Translations under genes and position numbers: made by a program
Notes under the pieces: model-generated
Database searches by the model: none
Told to the model about the DNA's origin: nothing
What the model saw: the letters and a program-made list of their open reading frames with translations, nothing else
IMG/VR virus record: IMGVR_UViG_3300034521_000048
Coordinates: 1 to 42,278 of that record
Origin: a virus
Lineage: Duplodnaviria > Caudoviricetes
DNA length: 42,278 nucleotides
Strand: one strand, 5' to 3'
In this document: positions 8,374-17,542 of the stretch, piece after piece
Numbering within the stretch: position 1 is the stretch's first letter
How the letters are laid out: each line of letters starts with the position of its first letter

Positions 8374-11300
8374 TTACTTTGGCTGGAACTGCCTTCCAAG
8401 CAATCCATCACTTCTGGTAGCCCTCATTAAGACTTCGGTCACTTTGGCCTCAATTTCCTTTCCTAACGCCCTTGCTGCGGCATTCCCATCTCCAGACGAG
8501 TTTGATGATGTGTTGCCCTTATTATCGACATAAATATCTATGTTGACCTGCGGTTGCCCACCGCTCCCCCCTTGGGCTCGTACCCCCAACCGCCCGGCAG
8601 AGTCTTTTGCCAGTGGCATGATGGCCTCCGCCCCGGCTTCAGCGAATACGCCACCTTTGGCGAACTTAGATGCACCCTGGAATGTGAAATACTGAGGAGT
8701 GTCGTAGACACCGTTCACATATTTACTGAGACCTGAAGATTCATAGACTCCGCCTTTAGCGTTGAACGTTACGCCTGAAGCTGCGTTCGCATATGCTCCG
8801 CTTGGAGTAGTGCCACCACCCGAACTGCCACTAATCCAACCCATAGCTGCCTGTACCGCATATGCAACCATGAGGCGGTTCGTCACATCAAGGATCATCT
8901 TGAGCATGGATTTGCCGAATTCTTTAACTGATGCTTTGCCAGTGGTCATCAGCTCAGTCAGCATGTCGCTCAAACCGGTCAGCGTGGAGCTGGCGACGTT
9001 CTTCACGGCGTCATAGGTATTCGTGGCGGCCTCAAGATATTCATTCCAGCCACTAACTGCCCCAGCCTTCCAGTCGCCGCGCAGCTTGTCTTCTTCAGCA
9101 TAATAATTCCGAAGCGCTGCCAGCTCTTTCGTATAGCCTGCATCTTCAAGCTTGCCGCCCCCATTCAGCCAACCCTGCCGGAGTTGCGCCTCCTCCATCA
9201 TACGCTGCGTTTGGCGACTGCTCAGGTCTGCACTGTCACGCAAAGCATCGGTTTTTTCAGCCATCTGGGTGACGTATTTGTTTGCCTGCTGCGCAAGCCC
9301 GTTAATCTTCTGCTGTGCCTCTACTTCCTTGTTCTTCTGATCCACAACCTTGGCTGCATTCAGAATGGCTTCACGACTCGAAAGTAGAGATTTCTCCTGC
9401 GCGGTCAGCGCGCGGGTTTTGGCGGCCTCGTCCAGTTCCGCAAAGCGTGACTGTTGTTTGCTGAATTCGGTATTTTTGGCGTGAATATCGCCGGTCTGAC
9501 GCAGGGTTTCGAGCGTTTCAGTTAGGGTTCTGGCCTGAGCGCGGTAGTTCTCCAGGGTGCGATCGCCAGAATCCAGCGTAGCTCTTGCCTCTTTGGCCTT
9601 TTTCGCAGAATCTTCTGCAAGCTTCGAGACTGCGTTTCTCGACTCGCGGCTCGAGCCCCCTTCCCCTTTAACGCTGGCACCTCGCGCTTCGGCTTCATAG
9701 CTTGCCTGTGCATTAGGCTCAGTGAGCCGCTTCCAGAGTTCATCGTAGCGTTTTTTGTTCGCTGCGATCTCTTTGTCAGCTTCCGCCCCGGCCTTTTTCA
9801 TAGCCTCAACATCCATGCCGAGGAAATTAGCTAATGCCCCGCCTCCAGGTATCTTCTCTGCCCAACCAGCAACAGTTCCTGTGAACTTGGCATCCAGCGA
9901 GGTGATGTTGAGAAACAGGTCTTTTATCGATGCTTCTACCAGGTTGAAGATATCTATCACCTGATTTCCCCAGGCACGGACAGTAATACCGATATCCCGG
10001 AAGTTATCAGAGGCACTCTTCTTCAGCGTATCCCAGACTCTGCCGATGTTGTCAGTAGCCTTGTTCGTTTCTTCAGCACGCTTGGACATAACATCAGCGT
10101 AAAGCTGAATGGCCTCTGCAACAGCAACCTCTTCACCCTTCTGCTTCCGCAACTGGATGATGTGCTTCATCATGGCTTCATCAACAAAGCCATACTGCTC
10201 ATTCAGGCTGGCCAGCCCTTTCACCGGGTCGCTGACAATCTTGCCGAAGTCGGACATCGCTGCTTTGGTGTCGCTACCAGCCTTGCCCATCAGGGTGATG
10301 GAGGTGGCGATCTGTTTCATCTGGCTGGCGGTATATTTGCCTGTATCGTTCAGCGTAACCAGAGTATCGACAGTGGAGCTGATGGATGTGTTCGTCTTGC
10401 CGGCGACCTCCTCAGCGGCCTGGTTAAGCTGCTGCATCGAGGAGAAGCCAGCGCCCCCCATCATGATGACCGACCGGGCAACCTGGTCGAACTGTTCAGA
10501 CGAACTGTATGCCGCAGCAGCCAGCAGACCAACCGTACCGACCAGACCTGCCAGCGCAATAGTGGTTGGGTTAATCATCCCGGCCATGCTGCGGATGTAT
10601 TCGCCCACACCCGACAAGGCACCCTGCACCGAGCCGAACTGGTCTTTAATTTGCCCACCCTGCTGGAGCAGGATAAGGAATGGAGACTGACCACCAGCCA
10701 GCTGCGTGGCGATATCAGTGAACTGTGCCGGAAGCGTGCGCATGGCGGCACTGTACTGGCCCACGGAGATACCAGCACGACGAGCCGCTGCTTCCTGGCG
10801 GGATAGTGCCTCTGGCAGCACGTCAGCCACACCAGACAGACGCTCCCGCGTCTGGTTGAGGATGCCGTTGAAGTGCTCGAACTGCGCGCCGTTGATACGT
10901 CCTGATTCGAAGTGCGCCACCAGCTGCGCGTGTTGTTCATCCAGCGAGTTGAATGCACGGATCGTCGGGTCAATAGAGCCCAGCAGATTTTTCAGCGCTG
11001 CGGATTGCTTCTCGGCAGCCTGGGTGGCTGCCAGTTCTGCCTGGGCGCGCGCGGCAGCTTCTCCTGTATCCGTCAGTTTTAAACGGGTATCGTCCAGGAT
11101 TTTGTTGTAATGCTGAAAATCATCAGTATCCAAGAAACCTTTGGTCTGGAAATTACGCAGCGCTGCCTGTTGTTCATCCAGGCGGTTCAACGCCTTGTTT
11201 ACCGGGTCAATGTTCTCCAACAGACCCTTCAGCGCGGTCTGCTGTTCCTTGATACCTTCAGTGCCCTGTTTCGCAGACTCAGCACCAGCACGGAATACGC

Positions 11301-11427
11301 TATTAAGGTCATCAGCTTTGCCTACGGCACCCGCCGCGGCTTCACCGAGTTTATCCAGTTCATTGCTGGCTGTTTTCAGATCGGATACGTCAGCACGCAA
11401 TGTGATCGAGGCGATTTGGTCACTCAT
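8374..11427 (-). CDS. H: Tail tape measure protein
   Basis: 1017 aa, Ala-rich helical. AMRTLPAQFTDIATQLAGGQSP..QQGGQIKD lambda-type motif and C-terminal NAKGGV/EAGAEAIMPL. Confidence 0.96.
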   Translation of the reverse strand: MSDQIASITLRADVSDLKTASNELDKLGEAAAGAVGKADDLNSVFRAGAESAKQGTEGIKEQQTALKGLLENIDPVNKALNRLDEQQAALRNFQTKGFLDTDDFQHYNKILDDTRLKLTDTGEAAARAQAELAATQAAEKQSAALKNLLGSIDPTIRAFNSLDEQHAQLVAHFESGRINGAQFEHFNGILNQTRERLSGVADVLPEALSRQEAAARRAGISVGQYSAAMRTLPAQFTDIATQLAGGQSPFLILLQQGGQIKDQFGSVQGALSGVGEYIRSMAGMINPTTIALAGLVGTVGLLAAAAYSSSEQFDQVARSVIMMGGAGFSSMQQLNQAAEEVAGKTNTSISSTVDTLVTLNDTGKYTASQMKQIATSITLMGKAGSDTKAAMSDFGKIVSDPVKGLASLNEQYGFVDEAMMKHIIQLRKQKGEEVAVAEAIQLYADVMSKRAEETNKATDNIGRVWDTLKKSASDNFRDIGITVRAWGNQVIDIFNLVEASIKDLFLNITSLDAKFTGTVAGWAEKIPGGGALANFLGMDVEAMKKAGAEADKEIAANKKRYDELWKRLTEPNAQASYEAEARGASVKGEGGSSRESRNAVSKLAEDSAKKAKEARATLDSGDRTLENYRAQARTLTETLETLRQTGDIHAKNTEFSKQQSRFAELDEAAKTRALTAQEKSLLSSREAILNAAKVVDQKNKEVEAQQKINGLAQQANKYVTQMAEKTDALRDSADLSSRQTQRMMEEAQLRQGWLNGGGKLEDAGYTKELAALRNYYAEEDKLRGDWKAGAVSGWNEYLEAATNTYDAVKNVASSTLTGLSDMLTELMTTGKASVKEFGKSMLKMILDVTNRLMVAYAVQAAMGWISGSSGGGTTPSGAYANAASGVTFNAKGGVYESSGLSKYVNGVYDTPQYFTFQGASKFAKGGVFAEAGAEAIMPLAKDSAGRLGVRAQGGSGGQPQVNIDIYVDNKGNTSSNSSGDGNAAARALGKEIEAKVTEVLMRATRSDGLLGRQFQPK

Positions 11428-11741
11428 CAGGCCGTCTCCTTATGCATCACTTTGAGAGCCTCGCTTTCCATAATTCGAATATCAGCCATGCAGGCCGCCG
11501 CATCCTCAACCCCGTGCAGTTCGAACACCCAGGGGAGAACGTTGTAATCCAGACCGGTCGCACCGCTCGCACCGACACGCCATTGGGTGGCCAGTGCGGA
11601 GAAGACGGTGAAGGCCTACCATATGGATGGCAGGATCCCCACTTCATCTTCGACGTCCTCAGGCGTTAAACCAAAAGCACTTAGCTCCGCCAGCGTCGGC
11701 CCCGGCGTATACAACGCTGCGGCGACCTGTCTCAGTTTTTT
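11427..11741 (-). pseudogene. Tail chaperone gpT/GT extension (DUF1799-like), interrupted by an in-frame TAG
   Basis: The -1 frame after the slippery site reads KLRQVAAALYTPGP...ILPSIW*AFTVFSALATQWRVGASGATGLDYNVL...IRIMESEALKVMHKETA. TAG at 11616-11618. Confidence 0.8.
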
Positions 11742-12070
11742 TCGCGCAATCCCATCAGCTCTTTGGTGTATGCCAGCCCGATGCTGTCGAACGCGCGAGG
11801 ATAGTTCTTTAGCAGGACGATCACGTTATCGCGGTTGAACTCATCCGGCAGCGCCCAGCCTTCGACAATTTCCATGAGGTAATCGGCCTGCGGTTCGATA
11901 GAGGCTTTTTTACCCTCAGCATTTTTTTGCAGTTGCTCATCCATAGCGCGCAGCTCGTCCAGCGTTTTATGGCGGAAGGTGAAGGTCAGTTTGCCGTCTT
12001 CGGCGCCAGCTCGCGGGATGCTGGCAGTAACGGAAAATGTCGGATTGGGGATCAGGGAGAATTTGGTCAT
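11732..12070 (-). CDS. Tail assembly chaperone gpG
   Basis: 112 aa between the tail tube and tape measure genes; ends GAA AAA AAC TGA. Confidence 0.88.
   Translation of the reverse strand: MTKFSLIPNPTFSVTASIPRAGAEDGKLTFTFRHKTLDELRAMDEQLQKNAEGKKASIEPQADYLMEIVEGWALPDEFNRDNVIVLLKNYPRAFDSIGLAYTKELMGLREKN
11735..11741 (-). other. Programmed -1 frameshift slippery heptamer A AAA AAC
   Basis: X XXY YYZ in phase just before the G stop; the -1 frame continues into a DUF1799-like sequence. Confidence 0.8.
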
Positions 12071-12111
12071 TTGTTCATCTCGGTAAGGCCCGGCTTACCG
12101 GGCCAGATTAA

Positions 12112-13044
12112 TCAAGTAATGCTGACGGTGCATCCGGCAGAAGTGAGCGTCTTGCCTGCGGCGTCGGTAACTTCGCAGGTATACACCCCAGCATCTGAAG
12201 ACTGAGCGGACGGAATGTTGAGCGTGGATGCGGTTTTGCCCGGAATGGCTGTGCCGTCTTTCTTCCACACATAGGTGTACGGCGCGGAACCGCCCTGCAT
12301 GACCACCGACAGATCCAGAGCTGCATTAGCAGCAACAGACTTGGTTGCCAGCAGGTCAGTCAGGAACGCCAGAGGTGTAGCGGAGGAGTCAGCGATCGGG
12401 TAAATCTGCATATCCGATTCGAAGTTCATGCGCGCTTCGTTACTTTCCACGGCGTTGATTTCGGTACGTGGTACACGCTGGAAAGAGACTTTGGCAGAGT
12501 AGTATCGATCGGCTTTGCCGCGCGGGTTGTGGAACCATACCGCGGTAGTATCGCTGGAGTCGTCCAGATCAATCAGACGTTTGTAGATAGCCAGTTGCGG
12601 GTCATGCGCGAAGGTGTAGACCTGTACCACCGCGTTTTTGAACGTTGGGATGGTGCGGGCCTTATCATCTTCCAGGAACTGGACACTGATGGTCTGCTGG
12701 TCACCGCCTTCGGTGGACAGCGTCATCACCTGAGGCATGGTAATCCACGAATCAATTTTACGCAGCGTACCTGCCCCGGTACCCGCCGGAAACTTCTTGG
12801 TGTCGGTGGTATCGAACGCTTCCAGCACGATTTTCGTACCAGTAACTGACTTGACACGCACCACCATGTTGTCGAGCTTCAGCCAGCCAGAGCTAACCTG
12901 GACGACATCGCCCGCGAGGATGCCAGCAGCCGAGGCAACGGTCAGTTCGCATTCCGTCGCATTGGATGCCGCAGTGAAGACAATCGGCGCAAGATACGCC
13001 TTGGCCACGTTTACACGCGACCCGTTAGGGATTGCGAATGCCAT
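12112..13044 (-). CDS. Major tail tube protein with C-terminal Ig-like domain
   Basis: Tail tube N-domain; C-terminal YTYVWKKDG...DAGVYTCEVTD Ig-like motif. Confidence 0.88.
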   Translation of the reverse strand: MAFAIPNGSRVNVAKAYLAPIVFTAASNATECELTVASAAGILAGDVVQVSSGWLKLDNMVVRVKSVTGTKIVLEAFDTTDTKKFPAGTGAGTLRKIDSWITMPQVMTLSTEGGDQQTISVQFLEDDKARTIPTFKNAVVQVYTFAHDPQLAIYKRLIDLDDSSDTTAVWFHNPRGKADRYYSAKVSFQRVPRTEINAVESNEARMNFESDMQIYPIADSSATPLAFLTDLLATKSVAANAALDLSVVMQGGSAPYTYVWKKDGTAIPGKTASTLNIPSAQSSDAGVYTCEVTDAAGKTLTSAGCTVSIT

Positions 13045-13090
13045 TGCATTCTCCTGAATTTAAGTAATAAAAAACCCACCAGGTGGTGGG

Positions 13091-13540
13091 TCAGTAATCA
13101 GCGCGGTACTGCATGCTGATGGGGATGGTATAGGTTATGGAGCCGCTGCTGCCGTTTGGTGCAGAGGTCGGACGGTCCTGTATTGGCTGGCGAATCTGAG
13201 GCGGCCCGTTGATATAGACGGTCAAATCACCAGCCACCAGAGCGAGGCCTTCGGGAAATCCACCCGCAATCACACTGGCAAATGTTCGCGCCTTGCCGAC
13301 GCCTATTCCTGCGGGGGTGACTATGTTCACCTGGAAAATGCCCTGATACGTACGAAGCTGCCCTGCAAAGTCTTGCCCGATAGTTTGTGCCGGGAGTATA
13401 TAGACCCTCCCGTACGGGACATCATCTGGCGGTTCAAAAATGATGTTTGGCCAGGCTATCGGCATATAAATCGCAAGGGCGATATCAGCAAGGCGCGACT
13501 CGAGCAATTCCGCAATTAGCATTGATTGGTCACCGGCCAT
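13091..13540 (-). CDS. Tail terminator-like protein
   Basis: IAWPN, YQGIFQVNIVTPAG and IPISMQYRAD motifs; located before the tail tube gene. Confidence 0.75.
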   Translation of the reverse strand: MAGDQSMLIAELLESRLADIALAIYMPIAWPNIIFEPPDDVPYGRVYILPAQTIGQDFAGQLRTYQGIFQVNIVTPAGIGVGKARTFASVIAGGFPEGLALVAGDLTVYINGPPQIRQPIQDRPTSAPNGSSGSITYTIPISMQYRADY

Positions 13541-14129
13541 TACGTACCTCGCTCATCGCCTCACGAAACAGCTGCGCTGCGTCCAGTGCAGTGATACCTA
13601 CCATGCCGCCGGGGGCCTGACCAGAGTGCCCGTTCTCCAGTGCCTGTGCGTATGGCAGGTTATTTGTGAAGTAAATCGAGCTGACCTGCCCCACCCTAAA
13701 CACTTCAAGCACCGCCAGACCGCGGGAGTTGGAACCCTGGCCGGAGGCATCCGGAGTATCGTTGGATTGGGTCGGTTGGCTATCAAACCCCACATACCAG
13801 TTGTTCTTGAAGCGCCCGCCGACATAACCATCTGGCTTTTTGATGTCCATCGAGTCGTTTACCCGTAGGCCACGTTTAAGGCGCCCTGATTTGGTCAGGT
13901 TGGCCGGGTCATCACGCAGGGTTGCGTTATGCTCCCGCACCGCAGTGTTGTACGCCGTCGCGGTCTGGTTAACCAGCCAGATATCCGGCTGGCCTACCGG
14001 CGACATCTCAACGAGCTGAGCCAGGATCTTAATGCCAGTCCGGCGCACCACCTCGTCCATCTCCTGCTTAGAGCTATCGACAAACAGCTGAATGGCAGCC
14101 AGGAACGGCTGATTAGCAGAACTGGCCAT
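13530..14129 (-). CDS. Tail completion/neck protein (HK97 gp10-like)
   Basis: SPVG...GRFKNNW and NNLPYAxxLEnGHSxQAPxGMV motifs. Confidence 0.8.
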   Translation of the reverse strand: MASSANQPFLAAIQLFVDSSKQEMDEVVRRTGIKILAQLVEMSPVGQPDIWLVNQTATAYNTAVREHNATLRDDPANLTKSGRLKRGLRVNDSMDIKKPDGYVGGRFKNNWYVGFDSQPTQSNDTPDASGQGSNSRGLAVLEVFRVGQVSSIYFTNNLPYAQALENGHSGQAPGGMVGITALDAAQLFREAMSEVRNGR

Positions 14130-14131
14130 AG

Positions 14132-14485
14132 TTACGCCCTCAGCTGGATGTTGTAGGATATCAGCACATCGGCAGGCTTAACCGGATTCGGCTGCACCAC
14201 GCGCCATTTCTTGCCGTCGATTTCGATACGGTCATCAATACGCACTTCCGTTTCAAACGTGGCCGCCAGCTTCTTATCGCCGGTGGCGATCAGAGAACCA
14301 TCGATTTCGCGGGAGGAATATTCGGTGATAACGCCGGTGACGGTCGCAGTGATTGCCGGAGTGGTGACCTCTTTGCCGAACTGATCGCGGATGGTGCCGC
14401 CGCCGCGGGTAAGCTGGTAAGCCTTCCCGTTCTCGGTCAGCAGCCGGGTCGCGGTCGCGCGCATGCGACGGTAGTCGATTGCCAT
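14132..14485 (-). CDS. Head closure / head-tail joining protein
   Basis: 117 aa beta-rich protein (IDGSLIATGDKKL) in the neck cluster. Confidence 0.7.
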   Translation of the reverse strand: MAIDYRRMRATATRLLTENGKAYQLTRGGGTIRDQFGKEVTTPAITATVTGVITEYSSREIDGSLIATGDKKLAATFETEVRIDDRIEIDGKKWRVVQPNPVKPADVLISYNIQLRA

Positions 14486-14486
14486 A

Positions 14487-14969
14487 TCAGCCCCTTTCGA
14501 TGCGGATCTGATTGCCGCCTACCACCAGCCCGCGCAGCGAGGAAAAGAACCAGGGGAATAACGGCGCAGCCTTATTCGTGCCCGGTTCGTACTGGACTGT
14601 TACCGCGCCCTCGACGCGTTCCATGACCACCGCCCCGCCACCAGCGACCGAAGGCATGAGGTCAATCTCCTGCGATTCGATAGCCAGGCGGCACTGCGCG
14701 TCAACCAGGCGCTGCGGGATCGCGTCATCCGGCAGGTCAACGCCATCAAAGCGCACGCCCGAGCGCGGCCACGACAGCGGCTGCGATATGCTGGAGCGCT
14801 GGCCGCGCCAGATCTTCCCTTCCAGATAATCCATCGCCTGCATCAGCATCTGGCCGCATTCTCCGTCATCGGCAGGTACTGTGTAGCCGCGCCCGGTCGC
14901 AAACGTGCGCAGGTCGACAACGCTGGCGTAGCTGTTGAAGTCAGGCGATTTGGGGTCGGCAACCAGCAT
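14487..14969 (-). CDS. Head-tail adaptor (often annotated DnaT-like ssDNA-binding protein)
   Basis: NSYAS, AMDYLE..WRG, QPLSWPR and AQCRLA motifs; located after the capsid cluster. Confidence 0.75.
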   Translation of the reverse strand: MLVADPKSPDFNSYASVVDLRTFATGRGYTVPADDGECGQMLMQAMDYLEGKIWRGQRSSISQPLSWPRSGVRFDGVDLPDDAIPQRLVDAQCRLAIESQEIDLMPSVAGGGAVVMERVEGAVTVQYEPGTNKAAPLFPWFFSSLRGLVVGGNQIRIERG

Positions 14970-14971
14970 GC

Positions 14972-15277
14972 TTACTCCTCCAGACGCCAGTCCAGCGCCA
15001 GCCAGTTATCCACTTCTTCAGGGTGAACCTCAGCACTCAGCGGGCCGCCGGGGAACTCAGGGGTATCTCGCACCATAGCCACCAGCTCAATACCTGGCTG
15101 GTCCTGCTGCTGGTCCTGCTGCTGGTCCTGCTGCTGGTCCTGCTGCTGGTCCTGCTGCTGGTCCTGCTGCTGGTCCTGCTGCTGGTCCTGCTGAGCAGGA
15201 GTTTGTTCAGCACCTTTCTGCGCGGCAAGCTTTTCCGCCTCGCGCTGTGCGCGCTGCTCTTTGGTTAATCCGGCCAT
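14972..15277 (-). CDS. Small head-cluster protein with (QQDQ)8 tract
   Basis: ATG at 15277 after an AGGAGG RBS; C-terminal AEVHPEEVDNWLALDW. Confidence 0.75.
   Translation of the reverse strand: MAGLTKEQRAQREAEKLAAQKGAEQTPAQQDQQQDQQQDQQQDQQQDQQQDQQQDQQQDQPGIELVAMVRDTPEFPGGPLSAEVHPEEVDNWLALDWRLEE
15098..15193. repeat. Perfect 12-bp tandem repeat x8 (CTGGTCCTGCTG)
   Basis: Counted directly: 96 bp, in frame. Confidence 0.95.
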
Positions 15278-15316
15278 TGGGCCTCCTGAAAAACAAAGGG
15301 GCCGAAGCCCCATTGG

Positions 15317-16453
15317 TTAGCCCATGATGATGGCGGAATGCTCTTCTTGAACAGATGCAACGCCCCACGCCACACCGACTTCGTAACGCACCTGACGGTA
15401 CTGACGGTACAGCGCGATCTGGAAGGTGATGCCAGAGACCGGATCGGTTACGTTCATCACATCGTCAGCGGTATCACCGCCTTTTGGCATGGCAGGGGTA
15501 CGGCAAGCCAGCAGAAATGCGTTACGGTCAAAGGCAACGTTTGGCGCGAACTCGCTCAGCACAGTGACAGTTGCCTGGTCCGCCAAATCCTGACGCAGGC
15601 CCGGTGCACCGATGGTGATGCTCGAAGAGGTTGCAGCAACGACCATGTATTGGTTGTCATCACCGTCGAACTTCACCGCTGTGCCTACAGCGATCCCGCC
15701 GGTACCAGCAGAGATAGCAACAATGATGTCTCCCTCTTTCTTCGCGCCGTTTACCTTATAGCCCGCCGCAGTGCTTTTCGCGGTACGCTTGATGTTGGCG
15801 GATTCATGCAGGTTAAAACCCATCACACGACCGATGATGCCTTCGCGCAGCAACTGATCGGTACCAGCTTCGTTTGCTTTGAACAGTACGGACTGCTTAC
15901 CACGGATGGACGCCATCGCTTCGCCGCCCAGCACCATGCGAAGGTCAGTGGTAGGGGCGCCGTTATCGGTCAGAATTTGACGAGCGTTCGCTGCATCAGA
16001 CAGGTCGTCTTTGATGCTAAACGGGGTGTCTTTAGGCGTTCCAACGGCGCGGGAAGATTTGTAGGCCAGCGCTGCCAGGTCAGCATCCATTTCGTTGCTC
16101 AGCGCACGGAAGGCCTGAGAAAACTGGTCAGCCAGGACAATGTCATAGGTACCTGATGGCCCGATAGCAAGCTGCTCTTCACCATTCCATTTGACTGGGG
16201 CCATTTTGGATTTGGTGATTTTGACGTCCACGGTACCGATGTTCTGATCGCCGTCGTTTGGCGCGGTTGCCGCCGGGGTGATATCAACGGTGATGGTTTT
16301 CGGTGCAACGGGCGCGGTCACGGTCTGGTCTTTTGCTGCGGCATCGGCCTTAGCGTTACGGGCCACCGCGGGGATAAAGCCCACCTGCTCGCGGGATACG
16401 CGATTAAGCGCGGTGAAGATGGTTGGGATGAGGCCAGTGAGGGTATTGGACAT
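15317..16453 (-). CDS. Major capsid protein (P22 coat-like family)
   Basis: 378 aa after the scaffold gene; MSNTLTGLIP, VSREQVGFIPAV and TDPVSGITF...YRQYRQ. Confidence 0.88.
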   Translation of the reverse strand: MSNTLTGLIPTIFTALNRVSREQVGFIPAVARNAKADAAAKDQTVTAPVAPKTITVDITPAATAPNDGDQNIGTVDVKITKSKMAPVKWNGEEQLAIGPSGTYDIVLADQFSQAFRALSNEMDADLAALAYKSSRAVGTPKDTPFSIKDDLSDAANARQILTDNGAPTTDLRMVLGGEAMASIRGKQSVLFKANEAGTDQLLREGIIGRVMGFNLHESANIKRTAKSTAAGYKVNGAKKEGDIIVAISAGTGGIAVGTAVKFDGDDNQYMVVAATSSSITIGAPGLRQDLADQATVTVLSEFAPNVAFDRNAFLLACRTPAMPKGGDTADDVMNVTDPVSGITFQIALYRQYRQVRYEVGVAWGVASVQEEHSAIIMG

Positions 16454-16469
16454 TCAGGTTTCCTTTCGA

Positions 16470-17222
16470 TTAATCAACGATGCTGGTACCGCCGCCAATC
16501 ACAGCCTGTTGCTCTGCTGGGGGTAAGGCATCAAACGCACCGCGTTTCATGGTTTTTTGCCCGGCCTGATGCTGCGACTGCTGCGAGCCACCGCCGCTGT
16601 TGCCGGATGCTTTGAGGATGTAGTCTTTCTGCGGATGCAACTCGACCAGAGATTCCAGCGCTTCGTCGAAGCCAGCCAGTTCGCCAGGCTTGGTGCGGGA
16701 GAACACCTTGTTGCCCTGTCCGTCGTAGGCCACGACCTTGCCGTCTTCGATTTTGAAGTTCTGGCCGAAGTGGGAACGCACGAACTCAGCCGGAATCGCC
16801 ATCTTCTCGGAAATGAACTTAGAGCCACCAAAACGGCCGCCGATCATCTCGTTATAAAGCTGGGTCTCCAGCGTCTGGCTCTTGCCGTTCGCTTCGTCCA
16901 GTTGCTGCTGGAAAACTTTGGTGATCTCCGCCTTTACCTGGTCAACGGCACCAGCATCAATCAGTTTTTTCTGGTCGATTTTGGTCATCATTTCCAGGGC
17001 CTCGAGCGCCTTGGCCGGGTCGGTGATGCCAGAGAATTTCGCGAGATTGGCTTCCGCCGCTTCCTTCGCTTCACGGTGAGTTTTCGCCTCGCCATTCAGA
17101 GAGGTGATTTTGGTCATCGCTGCGACCGCATCGAACGGGATTTCTTTGCCGTCATCATGGATGTACACAGGCATACCGTTTTCAACGACCACATTTCCGT
17201 TAGCATCAAGTTTCAGTTTCAT
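16470..17222 (-). CDS. Capsid scaffolding protein (DUF6651-like)
   Basis: Charged helical 250 aa protein directly before the capsid gene. Confidence 0.75.
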   Translation of the reverse strand: MKLKLDANGNVVVENGMPVYIHDDGKEIPFDAVAAMTKITSLNGEAKTHREAKEAAEANLAKFSGITDPAKALEALEMMTKIDQKKLIDAGAVDQVKAEITKVFQQQLDEANGKSQTLETQLYNEMIGGRFGGSKFISEKMAIPAEFVRSHFGQNFKIEDGKVVAYDGQGNKVFSRTKPGELAGFDEALESLVELHPQKDYILKASGNSGGGSQQSQHQAGQKTMKRGAFDALPPAEQQAVIGGGTSIVD

Positions 17223-17302
17223 TGTTTTTGCTCCAGCCTTCCGGCCATACGTAATGGGTCATCCGACCCGAGCACCGCGTCGCATCCGCTCAGCGGCAGG
17301 CA

Positions 17303-17326
17303 TAAAAAAAGCTGCCCGGAGGCAGC
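17303..17326 (-). terminator. Intrinsic terminator upstream of the scaffold leader
   Basis: GCTGCC-TCCG-GGCAGC followed by T7. Confidence 0.7.
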
Positions 17327-17329
17327 CTG

Positions 17330-17539
17330 TTAGATAAATTCGATTGTAATTTCGCCGCGTAGCTTGCGGGAGTAAACCTCACTCCGCTTTCGTTTATGGA
17401 TCCGCAGCGGGTGTGGATGAATGCAAGCGACACCTCGCTTAACGTCCGCCCAAACGCAGCTCTTTACCTCATTACCATTTACAAACACCCTTCGTCTGCC
17501 ACGGCCATCGCCCACGCAGTGAAAATCATCATTACGCAT
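17330..17539 (-). CDS. Small basic hypothetical protein
   Basis: 69 aa, tightly packed after the minor head gene and followed by a terminator. Confidence 0.6.
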   Translation of the reverse strand: MRNDDFHCVGDGRGRRRVFVNGNEVKSCVWADVKRGVACIHPHPLRIHKRKRSEVYSRKLRGEITIEFI

Positions 17540-17542
17540 ACC

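Noticed and set aside
15098-15193. Possible CRISPR array
   Set aside because: Head-to-tail 12-mers with no spacers, in frame within a gene.
15023-15268. Poly-(LLLV) and poly-(TSSR) ORFs
   Set aside because: Alternative-frame and antisense readings of the VNTR.
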